Shown piece after piece: positions 21,863 to 31,337 of a DNA stretch of 64,000 nucleotides (position 1 is its first letter; the number at the start of each line of letters is the position of its first letter). The translations under genes and the position numbers were made by a program. This DNA is from Macrostomum lignano (taxonomy: Eukaryota), in the NCBI GenBank assembly GCA_002269645.1, contig NIVC01000957.1, positions 310,001 to 374,000 on the forward strand, given 5' to 3'. The notes below the pieces were generated by a model that saw only the letters and a list, made by a program, of their open reading frames with translations, made no database searches and was not told where the DNA came from.

Positions 21863-24800
21863 GGGTATCGCCGGGCCGGCGAGTCAACCCCTGGTGCTGG
21901 GATGCCGTCTGCGCTCACGGTGCACTTTCGGGCTCCGCCAGACTCGACGGTGCCCTCTTGTCAAAGGTTTCTAGTGGTGCTGCTGTAGTCTCACAACAGC
22001 ACTCGGTCTCCAGGTCGGAACGTCCTGGCTTGCCTGGGCGACTGTTAAAGCGCTGACTGCTGCTGCTGGTGCCGACAAGTGAGGGCGTTAGCAGATCAAG
22101 CCGGGATCAAAGTTGCCTCCCAAAGAGCAGCTGGCTGGGAGCCGAGCACGTGGCTGAATGCGGCGTGTTGCGATAGGCGAACAGAAATTGCTGCAGGGCT
22201 TTCTCGGACGGTCCCGATTTCTTCAGGTGCTGTTTCAACACTTTCACGAACCGTTCAGCTTGTCCGTTTGTCGCCGGATGGAATGGCGCTGAAGTCACGT
22301 GCTCGATGCCGTTGATCCTCAAGAACTCGGCGAATTCCGACGACGTGAACTGGACTCCGTTGTCCGATACCAGAGTCCGAGGCAGGCCCTGGCGCCAGAA
22401 GGTCTGACGAAGACAGCTGATTGTCGTGGCCGACGTCTTGCTGGTCAGCTGCTTCACTTGCTGTGCGCGTCGATAAGCCCCAGAAAAGAGAATCCATCCA
22501 CTGGCTCAGCTAAGTCAACATGCAGTCTGGACCACGACTCGGCTGGGTAGGGCCATGGGTGCATTGGTGCCTTGGATGTATCAGCCGATGGCTGGATCCC
22601 CACACGACGACCCTGGATCCCCACAGCAAGCAGCCTTGTTCGATTGAGAGCTCGCTCGTGCTTTCGGCCAGAGAAAGCTTCGAGACCGTCTGCAGCTGGG
22701 ATCCGGGAGCCCGACTGCAGACACAGCAGCACCCTGGCACCCTGTCGAGCTGCGCATCAGTCCGCATCTTCTGTGCGATGACCTTGGTAGTCAGCCGAGC
22801 TGACCTCTTCGTTGATGAGCAGCGTCCCGGTGAATTGGTCACTGAGGGGAAGGCGAGAGAGCGAGTCACAGTTGCCGTGCCTCGCCGTCGGTCTGAACTC
22901 CAGGCTGTAATCGTAGCTGGAAAGCCGAATGACCCAGCGCTGCATGTGGGCTGCAGCATATGCCGGGACGGCCTTGCGCCCTCCCAGCAGATCAAGGAGT
23001 GGCTGGTAGTCAGTGACGATGATGAAGCATCTTCCGTATAGAAACTGGTGAAATCTGTGCAAGCCGAACATAATTGCCAGAGTCTCTTTGTCCAGCTGAG
23101 AGTAGTTACACTGTGCGGGCGTCGGGCTGCGGCTTGCACAGGCGATGGCTTGATGTTGGCCGCCGATCCTGTACCACCCCCAGTCCATATAGCGAGGCGT
23201 ACTCCAAGTACAGTGGCTGCTCTGGACTGTAGTGTACGAACGCACCCGAGGACAGCAGCAGTCGCTTGGACTTGTTGCTGCGCTTCTCCCCAAGCCCGCG
23301 CTTGGTGTTCTTGGTCAGCAGCTAGTTCATCGGCGCTACCACGGTGGACAGGTGCGGCATGACTTTCGAGTAATGGGTCTGTATGCCGAGGTAGGCGCGC
23401 AGCTGGCTGACATCTTTTGGAGCAGGCGCATTCTGCACTGCTCTGACCTTGTCAGGCAGGAGCTTCAGCCCGTGTGCGTCGATTCGATGACCGAAATACT
23501 CCACAGAGTCTTGGAAAAACAGGCACTTGGCCCTGTTTAGTCGAAGGCTAGCGTCCTGAAGACGCTGCAGCTCTCTAGTTAGGTTATGCTTGTGCTGCAC
23601 CCGAGTCTTGCCTGTGACGAGACTATCGTAAACGAACACCTGGACACCGTCGAGGTCACCCAATAGCGTTTCCAGAGTGCGCTGGAAGATGACGCTGGCC
23701 GAGTTAATGCAATGCCAAAAGGCAGTCTGTTGAGTTGAAACAGGCCTCTCGACGTGTTGGTGGCTACATAGGCAGGGCTCTTCTCGGACCAGGGGCAGCT
23801 GTAAAAACGCGTTCGATAAGTCGAGTTTTGTCTGTTTGCATCCTCCTCCGAGCTTGACTTACTTGACTTAGCTGCAGGGTGGTCCGTAGACACAGCGGGG
23901 AGGCGAGGGTCGCCCATTCCGCTAGCCCCTGAAGGCCCGCAGACAGGCAGAGGCGTGGGGCCGGTCAGGGTGGTCCGCCGGTCCGTCCTGCAGCGTGATC
24001 TTCCGTTGGGAAGAAACTGGCTCGTCTAGTCGCCCGAAGGAACTGGATGAGCCGTGGGATGCTGTCGGGCTGGCAGACCTCGTCAATGGACGGGTTCGGC
24101 CCGAGGTAGCGTAGCCGGTCTCTGTTAAAGAAAGGGCAGTGACAAACAAAGTGCTGAGCATCTTCATTGTCGTACTCGCAAAAGGGGCAAAGTTCGCTCT
24201 CGAGGTCACCTCGGAGGAAGCAGTGCCTGGCGAGGTAGCCATGGCCAGTAAGGGTCATGACAAGGGCTCGAATATCCTTCCGATTCTGGTTCAGAAGGAT
24301 GTTTCTGAGCCTGCGAGACGGGCGGGGAACCGCGGCACGAGATTGCCGACAGTTTTGGGTGCCCGCCCATCTGTCCCTGTGGAGGGAGTCAGCCCGAGCT
24401 TGGCAAAGATGTCCTCTATCCGCGGAGACGGATAGTGCTCAGGCTTGGCCGGGGCGTTGAAGGTCACCTTATCGTCGCCGCAGATGCGAATCTCGCCATT
24501 TGCCTCCACCACCGGGACGATTGGAGAAGCCCCAGTTTGAATGTTTTATCGGCTTGATGATGCCGAAAACAGCCTGATCACGCAGTCTCTCCTGCAGCGT
24601 ACTGCCGAAGTTGCAGTGCAGAGTGGCTGCTCTGAGCCCAGCCACGAAAGTAGCAAAGTCTTCTTCCGGCAGCTGCAACCTTTGCTATAAAATGAACCGA
24701 GCCGCAATTTCGGATGGATTAGGGGAATAATGATCCTGCAGGACTTTCTAGAGGTCGTCATAAGACTTGTCAGCCACCTTTTCTGTGGCGAAGGTTTTGG

Positions 24801-25186
24801 TAGTACTGTGTATGCTTCTTCACCTATGGCGGTGCTGAATGTGGCCACCTTGACAGTCCCCCGAAATCTTAGCACATACCAAATACTGCTCCAGCCTCTC
24901 CACGTAGACATCGAAGTCGGAGTCCTTCGACAGTTCCGGAATGCCGCTAAAAGCTGAACTCGTCGCTATTGTAATGACTTGAGAACGAAGTCTTTGATTC
25001 TTGCACTGGGAAATGCATAGCTCCCGAGTGGTAGACAAATAAAGAGATTGGTGACTCTTGTGACTTGGTGACTCTGGAGAAGAGAGACAGAAAAGAGACC
25101 GGGCCGTGGCGTGGCGTCCAGTTTTGCTATATATTTGGGGGCTCCTGGGCACCATATAGCCAGGTGTGCTGCAGTGGCACGACACA
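21860..25186 (-). mobile_element. Decayed Mag-type Ty3/Gypsy LTR retrotransposon: 5' LTR, mutated PBS, gag, RT, RNase H and integrase remnants; no 3' LTR seen
   Basis: Frameshifted fragments: LVSDNGVQFTSSEF and SAPFHPATNGQAERFV (IN), YSQLDKETLAIMFG (RH), GDLDGVQVFVYD (RT), ELSKDSDFDVYVERLEQY (gag). PBS TAGCGACGAG lies at 24959-24968 on the - strand, next to an LTR-like segment at 24970-~25185 with a TATA-like run. Confidence 0.88.
23857..24393 (-). mobile_element. 5'-truncated non-LTR retrotransposon (I/Loa/R1-group-like 3' end with C-terminal zinc knuckle) inserted in the RT of the decayed Gypsy element
   Basis: 9-bp TSD CCGAGCTTG at 23848-23856 and 24394-24402. Removing the insert restores EDIFAKLGGGCK. 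The insert encodes LTGHG...CPFCEYDNEDAQHFVCHCP and ends in a (TAAGTCAAG)2 tail. Confidence 0.85.
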
Positions 25187-25244
25187 TACGCGTATGAAAG
25201 GTCCATAGGCATAGCATGGGGAAGTGTTTAGAAGGGGGGACAAG

Positions 25245-26590
25245 TCAATGAGGGGGGACAAACGGAGTGCAAAAAATAGTCAATGGGAGCGGCAAACCCT
25301 TGGCCATCACAAGAACCAGCGGCACTGCGCCAAGAGTAAACCAGGGCAGGTTGCACAGAATCCAACCCGTGGTGCGCAATGAGCTGCCAGCAATAGTCAA
25401 GCTTCTATTGACGCTTTGAGTAACAGACAAGCTTCTGTTGACGCTTTGAGTAACAGACAAGCTTCTGTTGACGCTTTGAGTAACAGACAAGCTTCTATTG
25501 ACGCTTTGAGTAACAGACAAGCTTCTGTTGACGCTTTGAGTAACAGACAAGCTTCTGTTGACGCTTTGAGTATCAGACAGACTTCTGTTGACGCTTTGGG
25601 TAACAGAAGCTTCTGTTGACGCTTTGAGTAGCAGACAAGCTTCTGTTGACGCTTTGAGTAACAGGCAGACTTCTGTTGACGCTTTGAGTAGCAGACAAGC
25701 TTCTGTTGACGCTTTGAGTAACAGAAGCTTCTGTTGACGCTTTGAGTAGCAGACAAGCTTCTGTTGACGCTTTGAGTAACAGACAAGATTCTTTTGACGC
25801 TTGTAACAGAACCTGCCTTTCTGAACCACGGAAAGTCCGAACAACGGGGCTCGGCTCACTGAAAAGATCGAAGCAGTCGTCCTGGAGTGAGCAACTTTTT
25901 GGCCCCATGCAGATGCTCGCGAGCGGTTTCGAGCACCAGGTGTTCTCGTAGCGATTTCACAAGTCCATTTGCATGGTATTGTTGACAGTATCATTGAACT
26001 TGGCGTACGTTGACACCGTGATGTTGATGTGGTTTTCCTGTCCGCTTACCCTCGCGTCCTCCCAATAGAAGATGACATAGTACAGGTACTTCATGTACAG
26101 GATCGCCGAGTAGGTGTGAGAAGTGTCTGACAAGTCGTACATCTGATTATTGTCGACTTCCTTTGGGATCTCGCTGGTTTCCGTGTTCACAATGTGAAGC
26201 TTCTGGCCTGACAAAAGCTGGGTGATCTTGAGTCGCAGGTACCAAAAGTTAATCCCGCGCCTGTCTTGCGTGAGTTTGCCAAACGGCACCAGCGGAGTCT
26301 TGCAGATTGTCCGCCTCTGAGCCGCTCCAGGATCTGAGGCCGTGGTCACTTTGACGTTGCCCTCAATGGTGACCAAGTCCTGCAGGAAGTAGTGATGATC
26401 CTGCAGGAAGTAGTGATGATCGCACTGATGATTCAGCCGGTTGCCCAGGTGAATCAGTGGCCTTTCCTCGGGTTCGGGCTCGGAGCTGAAAAAACTGGCA
26501 GTGGCTGGCTTTGATCAGAACAGAAACGATTGCCAAAGCTGTCCAGACAAAAACAACCTGACGATTGAATACGTCAGGGAGGGGTATCAT
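25245..26590 (-). pseudogene. Disabled gene for a signal peptide + CUB-like + LDLa-like + repeat stalk + hydrophobic C-terminus protein
   Basis: Manual reconstruction. Signal peptide VVFVWTALAIVSVLIKASHC; +1 T in the run at 26489-26494; CUB-like C..GNVKV..C..GINFWYL. A TGA at 25957-25959 sits where LDLa Cys1 belongs. A 5-bp duplication at 25848-25857 breaks C-x5-C-x8-C (CSLQDDCFDLFSEPRC). Hydrophobic end LPWFTLGAVPLVLVM. Confidence 0.55.
25397..25805 (+). repeat. 30-bp minisatellite, about 14 units, two of them 28 bp
   Basis: Unit CAAGCTTCTGTTGACGCTTTGAGTAACAGA. Unit starts at 25401, 25431...25787, with 28-bp steps at 25581-25609 and 25699-25727. Confidence 0.95.
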
Positions 26591-27760
26591 GGTTCGTCCG
26601 TTTCTCAGTCAGAGGCAACAGTCGCGCCGTTCATCTGCAGATTTTGGGGTTTTGTTGATGCTAGCAAGATCCCTTGACTCGCTTTTTTGATTGGAACGGG
26701 CTCTAAGACCCTGTGCAGCGAAGTATTTAACGATAGCTCGGACTTACGACTGGCATGGTGAACTAGCAAGCGCTTGATCTCCCGGGCCCGCGGCAGACGA
26801 GACCAAATTCTGATCCGACCAGCAGTAGGGCGGAGGCAGCAACCGGACTCCTGGCCGCTCTGAAATTCTTTTGCAACTGAAAACCGAGGGATGGGAAGCC
26901 TGGAAGCGGAAAGGCTTTGGTCGAATTTGACAGAGTTTCCAGGGGGCCGTGCATGAGAGCAGGCCGGGAGTGCACACAGCTGCGACTGCAAAAGGGTTGG
27001 CGTTCCCTCTTCCCCACCCTTCCCTCCCTTACACAAATCCTTCCCAAATCCAGACATGTAGGTAGTAAAGCTCGTACGTGTCCAATGAAAAAGTAAAAGT
27101 TGCAAAATTGTACATGTAACATTTAAAATGTGCATGTAAAAAGTTGAATGTGGAAAAAAGCGTTCTTGAAACTTTGTATCACCCAAGGCTCACTAAAACG
27201 CTATTCTAGCCCATCTGAAGCGTCGCTTTTTTAGGGACTAAAAATGGTTAAATTTAGCTAGGAGCCAGAAGCCAGGAGCAAACGAGCCACAAATTAAGTT
27301 AAATGATACGATGTACTTAGAGGCGCTTTTCTCCTCTACTAGAGGACGTTTCAGACTAGCTCTGTGATGCTTTCCATTCTGATCAAAGGCTTGCTTGCAT
27401 CGCGATTAACTTTCTTGGAGTTCCAACATGCAGCTATCGCATGCGTCGTCCGAGCCCGACTTGTGCAGCAGCCAACCTGCAATGTGCTTACTTCTCGTCG
27501 TAATCATCTGGCAGATCGGCGAGATCCTCCGGCAACGTTTTGCCACATGATGTCTGGTCACAGCCGACCGAGCCCTCTTCACAGTCAGGTAGATGCCTGG
27601 TTGTCTGTCTCACGGCTTGTTCAACACCGTCAGCCGATGACATGCCTCTGAATGGCTTTCAGCAGCAGTCAGTTACAGATTTTGTGATTATATTAATATA
27701 GTTAGGCTGTTGAGGGCAGAAATGAGCGAAACAGACGAGGCGCGAATAACTAAATTAGTA

Positions 27761-29400
27761 TAGCTTTTTGCAGCCCATTTGGGCTTACACGCATTGAATT
27801 TAATCCAAGATATATTTGCTAAAGCAATTGAGCTGTTGTCTATGGTCGCAAGGTCTGACACAGAAGCATTTAATTTGATCTAATAAGCATCAATTTGGGC
27901 TATAACGGCTGTGAAACCCAATCACGAGTTACAGCTGTGTAATGCAATTTATTTCAGGAAACGTCACTGTACCAGCACCAGGAAACGTAAAAAATGGAAA
28001 TCTGATCAGCTCTAACAAGAACAAAAAGAGCATTTTAGCATGGTCAAGACTCCGCTGAGGAAGATGAAAAGCGTGTTCAATTGACATTTTCTCCTGCAAT
28101 GCAAGCTGGCACGAAGCGCAGCATCTGCCGGTACCAACCTGCACACTTTAAAGGTGTGATAGCGGCTGTAGCGGCCTCGGCAATGCGGTGAAGTACAAGT
28201 ACTCTCCATTGACCAAGGGTGGTATCAGGAGGCGGCTGATCAAGCTCTCGTTGGGTGGCCGGGTCACTGAGCTCCTGTTTGATTACAGCCTTCAGGCAGG
28301 AATGGGCTGCCTCGACAGGATTCAGAAACGGAGAGTATGGTGGCAACTGGATGAGTTGGATCCTGTCCTGATATACTTCCGGAATCCGGGCTCCATTATG
28401 AAACCGCGCACCATCCATAATGATGCGAACCTGTTGTTGGGCATCCAGTCCATGAACTTCGAGTAGAGACTGCACCAGTTCATTGATGCACTGCTGAAAC
28501 AGATCTCCGGTCATAGTCTGGCTCACAACTTTGTGGTAGACAAGTCCAATGGATGGTGAAATCGCTTGCAGTACATTCACTTGATGGCCTCGCTGAGAAT
28601 GAACGGTGCGCCATACACGCTGACCGCGGCAACCACGACCTTGCGTCCTCCGAATCCAAATGTTGAATCCAGTCTCGTCCAGATACATTAGATGAACCTC
28701 AGGATCAAGAGCCGTTAGCCATTCGGCAAACTCCCGCCTTCTCGCAACCGTCTGCGGGCTGTTGCGTACCACTGGAATGTCTGCGTCTCTACCAAGAATT
28801 TTCAGTGTTATCAGTCGCTTTTCCAGAGCTCTGCTGATAGTCGAAATGCTGACAACCAAGTGAAACTGTTCGTTCAACTTCTGCTTCATTTGCTGCAACG
28901 TCAACAGAGGGTTTGTCTCAATTGCATCAAGTAGCAGTTGGACCTGAGGCTCTTGCAACTTGCTTTGGCGATTGCCGCCCCTTCGTAGACGATCTCTTCT
29001 GCCAGTGGTTTCAACGCGCTGACGGATGCTGTACACTGTCTTTTCTTTGACGTTCAGCATCCTTTCAATGTCTTTTGGGTGCTCACCTCTGTCGAGTGCT
29101 TCGATCACAAGCCCATGGCGTTCGTTCGACAGTCTAGCATACGGTCCACGATTCTGAGGCAGATCTTGCTCCTCCTCCGCAGTAGCAAATGAAGCATTGC
29201 TTCCATCATCACTGCTTGTATCGGTCATGGGTTGAAACTATAGAGCCGCTATGGACCAAATTGATGCTTACGAGCTATTAGACCAAATTAAATGCTTCTG
29301 TGTCAGTCCTTGCGACCATAGACAACAGATCAATTACTTTGGCAAATATATCTTGGATTAAATTCTATGCGTGTAAGCCCAAATGGGCTGCAAAAAGCTA
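27761..29400 (-). mobile_element. IS630/Tc1/mariner-superfamily DNA transposon (Gambol-like) with ~165-bp TIRs and TA target duplication
   Basis: 27761-~27920 is the reverse complement of ~29230-29400, with a few substitutions and one 7-bp indel. TA occurs at 27759-27760 and 29401-29402. Confidence 0.9.
28077..29228 (-). CDS. DDE transposase, 383 aa, intact (HTH + DDE_3-type catalytic domain, DD33E)
   Basis: N-terminal HTH region, MYLDETGFN, IIMDGARFH and LPPYSPFLNPVE. I count 33 residues between the second D and the E. Confidence 0.9.
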   Translation of the reverse strand: MTDTSSDDGSNASFATAEEEQDLPQNRGPYARLSNERHGLVIEALDRGEHPKDIERMLNVKEKTVYSIRQRVETTGRRDRLRRGGNRQSKLQEPQVQLLLDAIETNPLLTLQQMKQKLNEQFHLVVSISTISRALEKRLITLKILGRDADIPVVRNSPQTVARRREFAEWLTALDPEVHLMYLDETGFNIWIRRTQGRGCRGQRVWRTVHSQRGHQVNVLQAISPSIGLVYHKVVSQTMTGDLFQQCINELVQSLLEVHGLDAQQQVRIIMDGARFHNGARIPEVYQDRIQLIQLPPYSPFLNPVEAAHSCLKAVIKQELSDPATQRELDQPPPDTTLGQWRVLVLHRIAEAATAAITPLKCAGWYRQMLRFVPACIAGENVN

Positions 29401-29401
29401 T

Positions 29402-31337
29402 ATTGTAGCCAATCTAAGCCTGCCAACGCAGCGGGCGAGAAATACCATTTCACGCCCGCTGAATCCATTCTATGGTCCAATTCCATTTGAAGTAAGCTAT
29501 TGGCTTCATTTCTCACCCGCTTCTTCTTCACTTGTCTATGGCCTAAGCACTCGAGACCTGTCATATTAAGTCATGTTGAAGTCATGTTAGAAAGAAAAAT
29601 CCATCGTGTTTTTATTCATTTACTGTTTGTCGAATATGCTGCGTTATTCTTCAATACGCGAAGACGAAATTAGTGGATTGAGCTCAGATGAGCTCGATTT
29701 CATCACGCATCTCGATCCTCGGGACCATGTCGACAGAATTGGTCAATGGACAGGGCTGACGGATGAGCAAGAGAGGCTAATTGATGAGGAACTACGCAAT
29801 CCTACGCCGGAAAATCAGGTTGGAAACCTGCTTCGTGAATTGACCGAAGAAGAAGAAGCTGGCCTACATCATGTGGAGCAAGAAAGTAAACGGAAGTCGA
29901 CGGTTAAGCAAACTGAATTGCATATTCGCAAACTAAAAGAGTTTCTACGCGTGGAGAATTTACCTGATCACATCGAGAATATGCCAGTGAGGTATCTCAA
30001 CTCCTATCTACGCCTGTTCTTCGTTCAGTTAAAAACAGCTGATGGAAAGCCATATGCTGTAAGTACACTGACGTGTTTTCGCGCGTCTGTGCACCGGTAT
30101 TTATTAGAGAAGCGAAATCTGAAGCTGATTGGCAACGATGCGTTCTTATCGTTTGATCGAACGTACAAGGCTATGTTGGTCAAATCGCTTCAGCAAAAAA
30201 GGCTGTAGGCAGCGGTCCAAAGTACTGTCCAATTGACGACGAAGATTTCAACCGCCTACGCCTCTATTTCGATCGTTCGACGCCAACTCGATTGCAATTT
30301 GAAGTTCTGTTCAAGATTGTTTATGGCTTTGATTTTCGCGGCAGGGAGTGGCTACGAGAGTTGACTAAGGCCGATGTGAAAATTTACTAGCATGACGGTG
30401 TTCGCTATGTGGACCTGCTGAAGACATCTATCGAAAAAACTGTGTCTGATAGTAATCCGTCGACATCTAAGAGCATTATCTTAGCCGAGACACCGGATTA
30501 TCCGGGCACATGTCCTGTACGGGCGATTGAGTTGTATCTGTCGGTCATTCCAGCAGATGTTGCCTGTCTCTGGCCCAAGCCTTTGAATCAAGCCGACAAA
30601 GACGGTATGTGGTACCACAAGACCCTGGTGCTTGGCAAGAATTGGTTGAACGATTTTATGAAAAAACTGTGCGATCAGGCTGGTCTGAGTTGCCGTTCCC
30701 ACACAAACATTGCATTCGAGCGTCAGTAGTGTCAAACCTTATCGAAGATGAAGTCAGTAGATCAGACATTCAAGTCGTAACCGGCCACAAAAGAATCGAG
30801 AGTGTGGAACTCTACAACAAGAGAATGAAGTTCTCGAAGAAGGTAGATCTATCAAACACTATTAGTCGTCGACTGGCTGTTCCAGGCCGGTCTGAAACAA
30901 GCTTTACCGCATCGAACACGTCGGTTGTATCGACTGGAGACGTAATCGAGAGATCGGCTACCGACTGCTCGACTAGCTCTGTTGTGCCGACTACGAACTC
31001 ATTCACGAGATCTGCTACCAACTACTCTATTGCAGTCGGCAGTTCCCAGAGTGCAAGCTCACTGTTTGGAAATTGCAAGTTTGAAAATTGTACGTTTAAC
31101 TTTAATCAATCAAACTAAGGTCAGGAGGTATACCGCGTGAGCAATCTAAAGACTGTCAATGGACTATATATCTAATGTTTATCTCATGTTAATGTTAATG
31201 TCTCATGTTAATGCTAATATTAGTTGAAAATATACACATAGTTTCTTTGTGCCCACTTGGGGCCATAGACAACTTTTGCTGGCGGGCAGACATCGTTGCT
31301 TTCACCCTCGTTTCGGCAGGCTTAGGACTGCTACAAT
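29402..31337 (+). mobile_element. Crypton-like tyrosine-recombinase DNA transposon bounded by imperfect (sub)terminal inverted repeats
   Basis: ATTGTAGCCAATCTAAGCCTGCC (29402-29424) versus GGCAGGCTTAGGACTGCTACAAT (31315-31337), 19/23 inverted match, enclosing a YR gene. Confidence 0.72.
29636..31118 (+). pseudogene. Crypton tyrosine recombinase (DUF3504/ZMYM/QRICH1-related) with two -1 frameshifts and one in-frame stop
   Basis: YLNSYLRLFFVQLKTADGKPYAVSTL..FRASVHRYL, FRGREWLREL (catalytic R), CPVRAIELY, WY...VLGKN.L..FM, reconstructed TNHCIRAS (HxxR), VTGHK and ELY. Lesions are at the A6 run 30195-30200, TAG 30388-30390 and a missing C near 30708. Confidence 0.8.

Noticed and set aside
26605-27700. 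193-aa ORF at 26605-27186 and a 51-aa acidic ORF near 27480-27640 (- strand)
   Set aside because: No recognisable motif, start context or splice pattern.
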